A stretch of DNA of 64,000 nt, taken from a virus. The stretch is from positions 128,138-192,137 of IMG/VR virus record IMGVR_UViG_3300031552_000001. One strand, written 5' to 3'. Below the pieces are notes generated by a model. It had not been told where the DNA came from. It did no database searches and saw nothing but the letters and a program-made list of their open reading frames with translations. Positions 18,804 to 28,765 of the stretch are shown in pieces. Position 1 is the first letter of the stretch. The number at the start of each line of letters is the position of its first letter. Position numbers and translations under genes: made by a program.

Positions 18804-19253
18804 TTACGAGACGAGGCTCTTATACTCTTTGATGTGTTTACACTCATACCCGGGATTCACGCTGCCCCTAAATTTCCAATCGTTACACTGACACCCTAAA
18901 CCCCCTCCTGACAGTTCACGCACCTCGTAAGTCTTTCCCGGTAAAGATTTGCTTTTTATCTTACTCACGGGTTTTCCTTTAGCCAACGAGTGCATGGACT
19001 GCACATGCATTCTGAGCTTATCGTCTGCGAGGGGGTTGCGCACAAAAGCGTCTACGAATGTTGGATCCTTCACTTGGGTTAGAAGTTTTGTCCATTTATC
19101 CGCTCCTGCTCTAGGGGAGAAAAAATAGTCTACCTTTCTTTGTACGCGCTCTTCTTTAGGGCGAAAGAAGTCGGTAACTCTTCGCCAAAGCTCTCGCAGC
19201 CCTGCGATCTTAGTTATCTCGTCTTCGAAAGCAGCAAGGCCTATAGGATCCAT
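18804..19253 (-). CDS. FxDELxKI-motif protein with C-terminal SWIM zinc finger
   Basis: AAFEDEITKIAG at the N-terminus; CQCNDWKFRG...CKH is the SWIM CxC...CxH pattern. Confidence 0.7.
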   Translation of the reverse strand: MDPIGLAAFEDEITKIAGLRELWRRVTDFFRPKEERVQRKVDYFFSPRAGADKWTKLLTQVKDPTFVDAFVRNPLADDKLRMHVQSMHSLAKGKPVSKIKSKSLPGKTYEVRELSGGGLGCQCNDWKFRGSVNPGYECKHIKEYKSLVS

Positions 19254-19256
19254 ACC

Positions 19257-19475
19257 CTAACCTTGCGCTTGCATCTGCTCGTAAACTCTGCGACCTAAAA
19301 GATACTTATCGAGCTCCTTCTTCCCTAAGTGATAGCCGGTAGCCCCAATTCCAATAAGCCCCAACGGCTTCCCATACTGTTTCAGAAAAGGCATCAGTTT
19401 CTGGGAATGCTCCAAAGCGGCGCCCGCCGCTGATATCTTTGTCAACTCGTCCAAAAACGCTCTCATGCTAAACAC
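19257..19475 (-). CDS. FxDELxKI-motif small protein with Gly-rich hydrophobic segment
   Basis: RAFLDELTKISAAG; PLGLIGIGATGYHLG. Confidence 0.6.
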   Translation of the reverse strand: MFSMRAFLDELTKISAAGAALEHSQKLMPFLKQYGKPLGLIGIGATGYHLGKKELDKYLLGRRVYEQMQAQG

Positions 19476-19483
19476 GGTAACTC

Positions 19484-22400
19484 CTATGAGCTCAACAAGC
19501 CTCTGCTAATTTGTAGCTCTTCCACATAAGCGCGAATTCTACCTCTGGCTCTACCCCTTGGGTCTAATTCTGGCCTAATCCCAGACGCGGCCTCGTCTCT
19601 GCCAACGATGCCCGGACGCTGCACACTACCAGGATTTGCTACTCCTTCCATAAGTGCGTGTAGAGCTCTCGTGCCGGGAGAAGTAGAAGCTCCTTCCTTT
19701 TCAGGCAACTGCACGTCTGTATTGTAGTCCCCAAAAGCCCTACTATGGAAGCCCTCTATCATAGCGTCAGGGTCTGTGACTTTTCCGTCATCGCCAAATT
19801 CTAGATTTTGAGTGCCTAGAATATCCACCATGTTAGCAATAGGGCGCCTAGTAAAGTCTCGGATGAACTCATGAACGTTACCCCCTCTCTCCTTGATAAG
19901 GCTGTACACCAAGGATAAGCCATCAATAGACTCTTCTACACTACCCGGTACTACGGAGTATTTGAATTTTTTATCCGAGGTGGTTTCTACATCTACAGTC
20001 CCAGGTTCTCCATCAGGAGGGTCAGTTCTACGAGCTTGATCCGTTTTCCATCTTTTCAACAACTTATCCTGCTGTTCTTGCCCCAGACTCACATCATCCG
20101 TAATAGCCATAGTGCCCAGTAGGGGCGAGTACACAGTCTCCGTTATCTTGTCATTCTTCCATATATCCTTAGAAAACCAACCGGGGCGAATCGCGTCCTC
20201 AAGGGCAAGCCCGGACCTTTCTACCCTACCGGAACCGGGTATTTGTGTGTACACCAACGTTATCTTTTCTGGTACGTCGATCACATCCCCCGAACCAGAC
20301 GATTTTTTGTTCTCCAAGAAGTAAGAAGTGGGAATGCCAAGAATGTCTGATTGACTCTGTGTCAGTGACGAAGTTCCGGCTTCTGTGACTTTTTTTACTT
20401 TACCTAAAGAGGGTACTATTATTCCCGTCTTTAGTTTGCTGCTTGCCCACATTCTAACGACGGTTTTACGTATGGTCGTAGTAGAAGAAGTTCTGCTAAG
20501 TTGCTTAACTCTAACCTCCGACTCTTCTCCGCGCTGCTCGGACATGCTAGCGGGGTCGAGGCCCTCCGCTAGTTTCAGCGCGTTCACTACTAAAGTTTGC
20601 TCTTTGCCATTTTCAGAAATTTCCGTTCCAAGCACCCCTAAAAACTCATCATCTAACCCTCTATGTGTTCTGGCATACACGTAACGAATCGAGGTCGACC
20701 CTCCCTGTTGGCCTATGGCATGTGTGTAAGAGTAAACCTTTCCTAGAAACTGAGTAGGCAACATTCGTCTGCCAAGCGTCTTCTCGAGTTGTTCCACTAC
20801 ATAAGGGGAAGGAGACGCGCGATCTATAATTACACCAGGAAGGCCTGCAACAACATTGGCGTTAAAAACACCAGAAATAGTGAGTTGTCGGGCAGACCAT
20901 CTGTGTAGAAAGAACTGAAAGTTGGCTAGTCTTTGCAAATAGTGAATTTTTTGGGTCTTTTTTACGTTCCCGACGGAATCAGATGCATAGGCTGCTTTTA
21001 TCCCCCACCTGTGGCCGTCCGTAGCCCATTCGAACTTCGGCACGATCCCAGAATGTACCTCATGAGGGAGTAATACCCTGGCCCCTTGAGAGAATGAAGC
21101 CTTCAACAACTTGCCTCTAACATCCCTGATGTTAGGCGCCAGGTATTCACTCCCTAACAATTGAGCCCCTTGTCTGCCTCCCGCTAGCATTCCTAACCCA
21201 GCATGACAAGAAAGCCTCGTCACCTCTCTCATAAAGTTTCGACTATAGGTTAAATCGAAATATTGATCCGGAAACACCACGTTGCATCTAGGAGGAGACA
21301 CGAAAAATGCTTCAGGAAGAAATAGCTGATTATACAACATGCTAGCACCCGGCACTTTGAGCGCCTTAGTGCTTTTTTGCACAATTGCTTTATTCAAAAG
21401 CGAGTCCAGATTCTCCTGTGACAGCTTAACCAAGTTAAGTGCCTTGGACAGCTTATCTGATATGTTCCCTCCAGAATCTTCAGTAGGCAGCCTATCAATA
21501 GATGTCTGTATGTCTTCGCTTATGCTCTTAAGGTCCGACGACACACTTTGGGCATTGTCTGCTCCCGAAGTCTCTACTCGCGTTGCCCCCGCTACGACCT
21601 TATCGTAAATCCCCAACAAACTTGTTCTGGCTCTTGCAGCAGACGAGAAAGACGCCCCCTCCTTACCGATGGCAGTTTCCAACATATGAATAACTTCGAC
21701 CATTGAGGTAAGCACTCTTTTAAGATCTCCCTTTATTGCACTCCCTTCCGCTGCATCTAGAAAAGTAGTACTGCCTACCTTCACCGTTCTTTTAGTAGTA
21801 ACATCACCCCCAGGTACATATCGAGCACACGGGTTTGGGTAGATATTATGGAAGATGTACCTGTTAACGTGATTTAAGATATCTCTGAACGACACTAAGG
21901 ACCCTATTGAGGTCATGCCGTTTCGTATCCATTCCATAAAAGCCTTTGCGGCGTACAATCTGGCTGAGGTCTTATCGGCCGTAACCGCGCCTAACATACT
22001 CAGTAGCCCGTAGCGCAACTCTGCAATAGTAAAGAAGTCATTGACCCCGTTATATCCCTTAAAATCACTATTTCTGTATTTCAGACCGCCTACAGCTTCA
22101 AGAAGGTGAATAAGCCCACCGAGCAACCCACTGCAACTTTGATACTCAGGAGACTTCGGAGCGGTTGTAATGAGAGAGGAGATTACCCATTGATGGCCGC
22201 CAAGGTTATCAAAAATACCGTCTCCAGCCCCAACAAACTGATGTGTCTTGTCCGTAAGGCCGTTGCCGCTAGCAGAATAGTCAGAGAAGAACTGGTAGCA
22301 TGTATCCCAATATGATGAGAGGTCCATACATTGCAATACATGCTGTCTACTAGATGAGGCCTTCTTGTAATGGAACCCAATCACCTCTCCCGTAAACAAG

Positions 22401-22714
22401 AGTTTATACGCGAAGTCTGCCGTCTCATTTCGATCCATATCGTTCTGCTCTACCCTTACGGTAGTGCGAACTTTCGCAGTCTTGTCCGCAGTCTTCCTGG
22501 CTATTTCGACTTCGTCGTCCGTTAAATATGAATCCAAATAGAAGAGGTGGACCAACGTCCTAGGCAGGAAATGAAGACTCATATCTGTAGGTATAATTTG
22601 AATCGCTGCCGTAGCAGGCATGTCCGGTTGAACAGTTACATTTGCGGATATGACAGGCACCTCAATGCCTTCCATGAACAACCTAAGCCCTAATGGAGAA
22701 ACTTTAGTTGGCAT
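19484..22714 (-). CDS. probable baseplate hub protein (gp27/VgrG-like position), 1076 aa
   Basis: Size, position downstream of the tape measure gene, N-terminal LRLFMEGIEVPVISANVTV; assignment by synteny. Confidence 0.5.
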   Translation of the reverse strand: MPTKVSPLGLRLFMEGIEVPVISANVTVQPDMPATAAIQIIPTDMSLHFLPRTLVHLFYLDSYLTDDEVEIARKTADKTAKVRTTVRVEQNDMDRNETADFAYKLLFTGEVIGFHYKKASSSRQHVLQCMDLSSYWDTCYQFFSDYSASGNGLTDKTHQFVGAGDGIFDNLGGHQWVISSLITTAPKSPEYQSCSGLLGGLIHLLEAVGGLKYRNSDFKGYNGVNDFFTIAELRYGLLSMLGAVTADKTSARLYAAKAFMEWIRNGMTSIGSLVSFRDILNHVNRYIFHNIYPNPCARYVPGGDVTTKRTVKVGSTTFLDAAEGSAIKGDLKRVLTSMVEVIHMLETAIGKEGASFSSAARARTSLLGIYDKVVAGATRVETSGADNAQSVSSDLKSISEDIQTSIDRLPTEDSGGNISDKLSKALNLVKLSQENLDSLLNKAIVQKSTKALKVPGASMLYNQLFLPEAFFVSPPRCNVVFPDQYFDLTYSRNFMREVTRLSCHAGLGMLAGGRQGAQLLGSEYLAPNIRDVRGKLLKASFSQGARVLLPHEVHSGIVPKFEWATDGHRWGIKAAYASDSVGNVKKTQKIHYLQRLANFQFFLHRWSARQLTISGVFNANVVAGLPGVIIDRASPSPYVVEQLEKTLGRRMLPTQFLGKVYSYTHAIGQQGGSTSIRYVYARTHRGLDDEFLGVLGTEISENGKEQTLVVNALKLAEGLDPASMSEQRGEESEVRVKQLSRTSSTTTIRKTVVRMWASSKLKTGIIVPSLGKVKKVTEAGTSSLTQSQSDILGIPTSYFLENKKSSGSGDVIDVPEKITLVYTQIPGSGRVERSGLALEDAIRPGWFSKDIWKNDKITETVYSPLLGTMAITDDVSLGQEQQDKLLKRWKTDQARRTDPPDGEPGTVDVETTSDKKFKYSVVPGSVEESIDGLSLVYSLIKERGGNVHEFIRDFTRRPIANMVDILGTQNLEFGDDGKVTDPDAMIEGFHSRAFGDYNTDVQLPEKEGASTSPGTRALHALMEGVANPGSVQRPGIVGRDEAASGIRPELDPRGRARGRIRAYVEELQISRGLLSS

Positions 22715-22717
22715 AGT

Positions 22718-24703
22718 TTAAACAACCGGGTCTATGGGCGCCCCGTCAGCGTCCTCTGCGGTAATACCAGAAGTGTCCGTGTCACTTACAGGAACATTTC
22801 CATTGTAAGCCTCCTGCAAAAGCAGGGAGCGCCGTTCTGCACTTAACGCAGTAGATTGAATAGTGCCGTTCTGCCCGTATACGTACGCTAGCGAATCTGG
22901 ACTGTCCCCTTGTTCTGTGTTGTCTGAGCTGTCCGTATTTCCGTACACTTCATCGAGGGTTAATGCAATTTTATCCGCATTAGGCTCAGTTCTATCGATA
23001 TCATTCGGAAGGTCTGCTTCTGCTTCAGCGATACTTTCATCAATATTTTCTTGAGATTCAATTAGCCCAGAGTAATCGGCCCCTCCATACGCCAAGTCGT
23101 ACGAGGCGTCATTCGGTCGAGAAGCCGCATTGGGTGTGTATTCCACAGACTTGAACACGTCCCCTATTTTTGCGTCTCCTACTCTATCTAACCACCCCTC
23201 CCAGGTTCTACGAGCTGCGCCGCCTACGAACATGCTCACCCCGGGAATGAACGCTCCGTCTTTTAACCCATCTCCGATCATCTTTACGTTTTGTGGGGTT
23301 ATTCCTATAGCGGAGGTAACGACTCCCAAGGGGTTCTCGACAAAATTAGCAGCTGTAAGCAGCATCCCATATCCTTCTCTTACAGCGGACACTACAGAAG
23401 AAATAGTGCTGAGAAGATCTCCAGCCGCGGCCCTGATATTGAATAGGGCGAGTTGCTGCTGAAAAGCACGCATAAAGAAATTGCGCCCTTCTGCGTCAGA
23501 CATAACTTTCGCATACTGACTTTTAGTGAGCAAATCTTTCAGAGATGTGGGAAGGGTACGAGTAGGGTACTCGTCGTAGTTCTCATAAATCATACCTCTA
23601 GATGTGTTTGTTACCGCAGATACCCACGATGGTGCAAATTTGGCAGGGCCCATAATCGTCAGCTTATTTCCGGGAATCAGAACGCCGTTCACCTCTATGC
23701 TTCCGAATCGATCTCCCGTGGCTACGTCAAAACTCGAGGTGCCTACTGATACGATATTTGCGGAAGACGCAGCAATTTCTCCCTCAGCAGATAGGGTAAG
23801 AAAACTGGCTGCTCCAATCGGCATTCGTAACGTTCTTCCACCCAACAGTCGGTTGGCAATGTCTAGTTTATCACCGAGCCAAGTCGCCGCTGAATTCCAA
23901 GCCTGTACTCCACTCCTAAGCAAAGCTAGCGCACTGTTAGTTTGGGGCAACTGGGAAGATAGGCTTCCTGTCATATTTTCTCGACGCACTGCTAAAGTAG
24001 TAGAAACAAACTTTTTACGGCTTTCTTCCAAAGCCTGATTCAGTATCTCTAAGCTCTCTGCTCGTACGCCTGGGAATCGAGTTTCTCCAATAACAGAATA
24101 CTCGTGGTAGTCCGTCATCAGCATTGTCATGGAAAACGAGACTTGATAAGGGCTATCCGCGTCATCTACAGCAACGGCGCTTAACGGGTACCCTTCTATA
24201 ACAAGCGTGTCGTACGCAAGGTAGCATCTTGCATTGAGCTGTACGAGCTTAGATCCCCGAAGGTAGTTTTCGTAATTGTACCAAAATTGAGCTCTCCAGT
24301 TAAAGTCCTCCGTATTCATTAACTGGCCGCTGAATGTAACCATTCTAGGACGCTCTCCAAAGAAGTACACAAAAGTGTCTCCGAACGTCTCAATGATTTG
24401 CTGCCGCTCCATGCGCTGGTCTTGTACTTGTTGTAAAATAAAATCTGAGTATTCTGATACCCTCCCCATGCCTCCCGTAGTTTGTGCAGATTCCGGTACG
24501 GCCGAGCTAGAAGCTAGGGGTATGGGCTCTCCGGTCGGTCTTCTAACAGAGAGTACTGCATAAGTGTCGTCTTTTATTTGAATGCCGCGATAAGGTCTAC
24601 GTATAGCAGCATCCTCTTTTAGCACCTTTTGTGTTTCTAGTGCCTGTCCTCCAGACAATCGACTCTGAGACTCAAAGCTGTCTCTTTCCAAGAAGATGAA
24701 CAT
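22718..24703 (-). CDS. probable tail tube initiator / baseplate protein
   Basis: IIETFGDTFVYFFGERPRMVTFSGQL...YQVSFSMTM resembles tube-initiator-like domains found after tape measure genes. Confidence 0.5.
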   Translation of the reverse strand: MFIFLERDSFESQSRLSGGQALETQKVLKEDAAIRRPYRGIQIKDDTYAVLSVRRPTGEPIPLASSSAVPESAQTTGGMGRVSEYSDFILQQVQDQRMERQQIIETFGDTFVYFFGERPRMVTFSGQLMNTEDFNWRAQFWYNYENYLRGSKLVQLNARCYLAYDTLVIEGYPLSAVAVDDADSPYQVSFSMTMLMTDYHEYSVIGETRFPGVRAESLEILNQALEESRKKFVSTTLAVRRENMTGSLSSQLPQTNSALALLRSGVQAWNSAATWLGDKLDIANRLLGGRTLRMPIGAASFLTLSAEGEIAASSANIVSVGTSSFDVATGDRFGSIEVNGVLIPGNKLTIMGPAKFAPSWVSAVTNTSRGMIYENYDEYPTRTLPTSLKDLLTKSQYAKVMSDAEGRNFFMRAFQQQLALFNIRAAAGDLLSTISSVVSAVREGYGMLLTAANFVENPLGVVTSAIGITPQNVKMIGDGLKDGAFIPGVSMFVGGAARRTWEGWLDRVGDAKIGDVFKSVEYTPNAASRPNDASYDLAYGGADYSGLIESQENIDESIAEAEADLPNDIDRTEPNADKIALTLDEVYGNTDSSDNTEQGDSPDSLAYVYGQNGTIQSTALSAERRSLLLQEAYNGNVPVSDTDTSGITAEDADGAPIDPVV

Positions 24704-24933
24704 TAGCTTTGTCCTGCTGTATAGCGTTCTTTAAGAAGAAACTCTTTGAATAGAGGTTCTACTTCTGAACCGGGATCGGTGCCCACAGACAATCTGTATA
24801 TCTCCCTATTAACCAAATGAAGAAATACGTCGTCCACGTTAATCCTATCCACCAAGCGAATGGTAATTTTCCCCCTCTCCTGAGCCGTGAGGGTTAGTTT
24901 TTGGTCAAACCTGGAGCTCTCTTCATCCGCCAT
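24703..24933 (-). CDS. hypothetical protein
   Basis: Coupled ORF. Confidence 0.5.
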   Translation of the reverse strand: MADEESSRFDQKLTLTAQERGKITIRLVDRINVDDVFLHLVNREIYRLSVGTDPGSEVEPLFKEFLLKERYTAGQS

Positions 24934-24941
24934 TTAGTCAC

Positions 24942-27900
24942 CTATTGAGCTACCACAGGATTAGCTTCTTTGACGTCCTGTGCAGCCTTTCCTAAATCGT
25001 CTCCCAAAACCTTTCCTACAGCCGTGACAAATCGTTCATTGGCTGCGATATATTTCATTTGCGACTCTTCGGCAGCCGTGCGTTGTGCGCCTGCTCCTTG
25101 CCCCAATGCCCCCGGAGCCGCTTTAGCTAAAAGCTCTTTTAGTTCCTTAATTTCTCCCCCTGATATCTTACCGCCGCTTTTTAGCATCTCATCTACCCTA
25201 GCGGCGATTTCTGGGCTTTGAAATAAGTCCACTCCGCTGCTACCTACCAACCTATTCTTAAACTTCTCTAGGGCCCTCTCGTCCATTTCTCCCATGTTAC
25301 CTATTGCTGCTAATCTACCGAGTTGCTGCCCAACCATTCCGCCTCTTCCATACAGCAACAAATCTATTTCTTTTCTTCCCATTTTTTGGGAGCTTGCAAT
25401 TTCACCTAACGCCTGTTCACCGGCAGTAATATCCCCCGCAGCGAAGCTACGTCTTGCACCCTCCAACCTACTAGTGATCCCCGCTCTTACGCCACTTATT
25501 CCCTTAAGAGGGCCTTGAGACCCAGCAATAGACTGCATTCTAGAGCGGCGCTCGTCTTCGTACTGCTTCCGCTGAACTGCGGACACGTTACCCATGCTTT
25601 GGAGAAATTGCTTTTGCTCTTCTGGAGAGGAAGATTTAAGAAAGGCAGCTATCTTCTCCGCAGCAACATCGCCGCTACTCACAGCGGCGGCAAACGGGTT
25701 GTTAGGGTTGTCCGGAGCTTCCCCGTTAAGGATTTTTGCATACTCTTCGATGTCCTTTGCCAAAAACTTGTCCGAACTCATTGCCGCTTGAACATCAGAT
25801 TCATTTATTCCTCGAGACCCTAGATATCTGGCGGCCTCTCCCACCGCGCCGATTAGGGTCCCTGGAAGAGTGCCAATTCCTCCTGCCAATAGTCCAGAAC
25901 CACCTCCAGCAACGGCGCCCTTCCCTACCGCCTTTAAGAACCCACCAAACCCAAAGCCACCAGCGGCTTCAGTCATAGCTTCAATATTATCTTGCCGAAA
26001 TTCCTCTATCTCCTTCGGGGTGGTGGGGATTTGTATGTCCCTAGCCATCTTTCCGAAGTCCATAGCGTGTTTGGCATTTTCGTAACCGAGCTCCTTTTGT
26101 CCGGCGGCAATAACGTCTAGTTCCGCTTCCGCAGAGTCCACACCGCCAGGGGAAGCTTCCTCAAGAAGTCTCATGGCTTTAGCCGCTTCAGGGTCCTGCT
26201 TCAACAGCCTGGCTATGGCTTGCCGGTGCTTAACTGGGTCTTTTTTAAGCTTCTCCAGCATCGCCGAATTTCTGGGTGAGTTGTAAATAGCCCTCATTCT
26301 AGCGCTGACTGTATTTAGCGCAGCTCTCTTACCTTCCGTCTCACCGCCAAAAAGGTCCCCCAACGAGGCGTTGGTTGCTCTAGTATAGGATCGACGAGCC
26401 ACCCTTTCCGCATTCTCTAAATTAGCGACGAGCCCTCCTCCTACTGCTACATCACCTACTCCGGCTTCTCCTGTTCTAGTCTCCATGCCGGCAGCCATCA
26501 GCGCCCTAGTTTGGGGAGTCAAAGAACTTCCACCAAATGGGCCGACCCCCAACAAGGCGGATGCCCCTCCTATTACCGACCCGGCTACCATTCCGGGCAC
26601 CATTCCAAGTGAGCCCGCTGCGGTTCCTGCCGCCACTCCCCCCATAAACCTAGAGCCAAACCCCTCCTCCCCAATTCTACCTATAGCTCCGCTAAACATA
26701 TCCCCTTGCGCAAAAGACTGGCCTACGTTACGAATACCCATGGACTCCCAAGAGGCCGTACTGCCGCCCCCAGATCCCGCTATCATAAATCTCTGGTTCA
26801 TCGTCATTCTAGGGATAGCCTTTGTTCTACCCATTATATTGTTAACGGCTCTATCTGTAGCGTCGCTTAACTGTGCGGCTATGCCCTCTCCGAGCTCGGA
26901 TAAGGGACGAGTAATCCCTTCCCGATAGGCGTGCTTAACTGCATCTCCTAGCCCCGCCAAACTTCTGTTTCTTCTCTCGTCGAGACGCCTAAAGGAGTCA
27001 TCCAAAGCGGCAGCATTTGTTCTATCTTGTTCTGCCTGGATTCTAGGCAGGTCCTTAATCAGTTTCTGAACCATATCAGCCTGGCGCTGATTGGACCCAG
27101 TAATGAGCTGAATGAACCTATTCTGAACGGGATCAGAAGCCCCGGCATAACCGGCTTTAACCATAGCCTGCTGTATTCCCTGGGCCATACCAGCAATGCC
27201 GCCTTGCTGAGCCATAGACTGGCCTAATTGGTCTGCGCGATTAAAGAAGGAAACAGCTAGGGATTTGTTGCCTTGGATTCTTCCTTTTCCTCTTCTCTGC
27301 AACTCCTCAACACCAATTTCACCCCTTTGGAATCGAGCTAAAAGCTCCTCATCCATTTGGCCGGTGAATTCACCCCCTTTAATTTCCCCCAGTCCGGCCA
27401 TCATTAAACGGCCCATGCCCGTTTGGCCAAAGCCAGACATTACCTGCTGAAGCCCCCCCGCAAGCATTCGTTGCCCCTCAGCGCCCCCTACACCTCCTGT
27501 GAAGTTACGTATATCCTCTTGAGAAAACACCCCAGCTCTAGTTGCCGCAGATACTTGCCCAAAAAGTTCTTGCCCAAGCCGCGCGCCAGAGGCTAACCGC
27601 CCTCCCATCTGATACGACATCTGAGCGCCTTGCTGCATTGCGCCCACCATAGCTCTAGCCCCTCCAGGCCCAGCCGCTTTTGTCGCGGCAGCAGTCCCTA
27701 AAACATCCTGCGCCGTCCACATCCCCATTTGTTGAAGCTGATTAACTAAAGGAAGGGCTTCTTCAAGAGTGGTGCCTAAAACCTCTGCCATAGTTCTTGT
27801 TTGACGAACTATATTCTTGAATCGAGTCTTGAATTGATTAGCATCCCCTACCCCCTGCAACATTCCCATAGACCCGGCTCGGTCCATAAGAGTGCGCATC

Positions 27901-28622
27901 TCTTTCATGCTAGTCATAACGTCTTCTGACGCTAATTCATGCATAAAAGAGGTTATGTTCTTGACCATACCCGCGGCGGGTTTGCCACCTAAACCAGCTC
28001 CTGGTTGTCCAAACTGGGGCTCGAAATACTGAGAAGACATACGACGAACATCCTGAAAATTCTGCACGCCTTCATATATATTCTCCCCAACTTGCCCTAT
28101 TGCCTTACCTGCTAGATAATAGGGAACAGCTGCCGTTGCGGCACCGGCTATGCCGCCCCCAAGAGCTCCCAAACCTGCTCTAAGGCCGCCACTAGAAAAC
28201 GCCCCAGCAATATTGCCAGCCGCGTACCTCAAACCCATCCCCTCGGCGCCCCCCATAACGCCCGCTCTCATGCCCAAAGTCCCCCCTGTGCCCGCACCAA
28301 AAGCCCTACTCACTCCCGTAAAAGGGTCGAGTAATCCTAGAGGGTTTCGGTACCCTAGAAGGCTCGCTGCCATGGTACCGCCAGCCGCGATACCCGGAAT
28401 GGCCATTGCAGCCCCTCCAGCTAAACTGGTCCCCAAATCTGGAGCAGAGGGGTCCATATGCATACCGTAAGAAGGAGCCGGAACAGGATAGGGATTAGAC
28501 ATCGAGGAAGACGCGCCGCCTCCTCCCAGCACTCCTACTTGATGGGCAAATGAAATCTGGTTGGAGAACATTACTTGCTGTCCTCCAACTAGTCCTGAAA
28601 TCTGAGTACTTGATAACGCCAT
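24942..28622 (-). CDS. tape measure protein, 1226 aa
   Basis: Gly/Ala/Met-rich, helical, with hydrophobic Gly-rich stretches; upstream of hub and baseplate genes. Confidence 0.78.
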   Translation of the reverse strand: MALSSTQISGLVGGQQVMFSNQISFAHQVGVLGGGGASSSMSNPYPVPAPSYGMHMDPSAPDLGTSLAGGAAMAIPGIAAGGTMAASLLGYRNPLGLLDPFTGVSRAFGAGTGGTLGMRAGVMGGAEGMGLRYAAGNIAGAFSSGGLRAGLGALGGGIAGAATAAVPYYLAGKAIGQVGENIYEGVQNFQDVRRMSSQYFEPQFGQPGAGLGGKPAAGMVKNITSFMHELASEDVMTSMKEMRTLMDRAGSMGMLQGVGDANQFKTRFKNIVRQTRTMAEVLGTTLEEALPLVNQLQQMGMWTAQDVLGTAAATKAAGPGGARAMVGAMQQGAQMSYQMGGRLASGARLGQELFGQVSAATRAGVFSQEDIRNFTGGVGGAEGQRMLAGGLQQVMSGFGQTGMGRLMMAGLGEIKGGEFTGQMDEELLARFQRGEIGVEELQRRGKGRIQGNKSLAVSFFNRADQLGQSMAQQGGIAGMAQGIQQAMVKAGYAGASDPVQNRFIQLITGSNQRQADMVQKLIKDLPRIQAEQDRTNAAALDDSFRRLDERRNRSLAGLGDAVKHAYREGITRPLSELGEGIAAQLSDATDRAVNNIMGRTKAIPRMTMNQRFMIAGSGGGSTASWESMGIRNVGQSFAQGDMFSGAIGRIGEEGFGSRFMGGVAAGTAAGSLGMVPGMVAGSVIGGASALLGVGPFGGSSLTPQTRALMAAGMETRTGEAGVGDVAVGGGLVANLENAERVARRSYTRATNASLGDLFGGETEGKRAALNTVSARMRAIYNSPRNSAMLEKLKKDPVKHRQAIARLLKQDPEAAKAMRLLEEASPGGVDSAEAELDVIAAGQKELGYENAKHAMDFGKMARDIQIPTTPKEIEEFRQDNIEAMTEAAGGFGFGGFLKAVGKGAVAGGGSGLLAGGIGTLPGTLIGAVGEAARYLGSRGINESDVQAAMSSDKFLAKDIEEYAKILNGEAPDNPNNPFAAAVSSGDVAAEKIAAFLKSSSPEEQKQFLQSMGNVSAVQRKQYEDERRSRMQSIAGSQGPLKGISGVRAGITSRLEGARRSFAAGDITAGEQALGEIASSQKMGRKEIDLLLYGRGGMVGQQLGRLAAIGNMGEMDERALEKFKNRLVGSSGVDLFQSPEIAARVDEMLKSGGKISGGEIKELKELLAKAAPGALGQGAGAQRTAAEESQMKYIAANERFVTAVGKVLGDDLGKAAQDVKEANPVVAQ

Positions 28623-28684
28623 TTGGGGTTAAGCTACCACTGATAGACACCCAAGAACACACCTTAGATGTCTGTTTCTAACCT

Positions 28685-28713
28685 AAAAATTGCACACCCA
28701 TACTGGAATAAGA
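28685..28713 (+). promoter_or_regulatory. phage promoter motif AAAA-N15-TGGAATAAGA
   Basis: Matches the recurring motif; followed by an AGAAGG/CCTTCT hairpin, GGAG SD and the ATG at 28766. Confidence 0.6.
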
Positions 28714-28765
28714 AATATGAACAGAAGGCAATTATTGTCCTTCTACAACCTACCTGGAGTTTAAA

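Noticed and set aside
1244-28470. Numerous plus-strand ORFs of 60-147 aa overlapping the structural genes
   Set aside because: Antisense shadows of long minus-strand CDS, with no SD or recognisable motifs (2958-3338 excepted)
1-28622. Structural module as an extracellular contractile injection system or tailocin rather than a phage
   Set aside because: Accompanied by ligase, RecA, dCMP deaminase, tRNAs, endolysin and dense phage-type small genes with no chromosomal housekeeping genes; sheath and capsid genes are presumably outside the window
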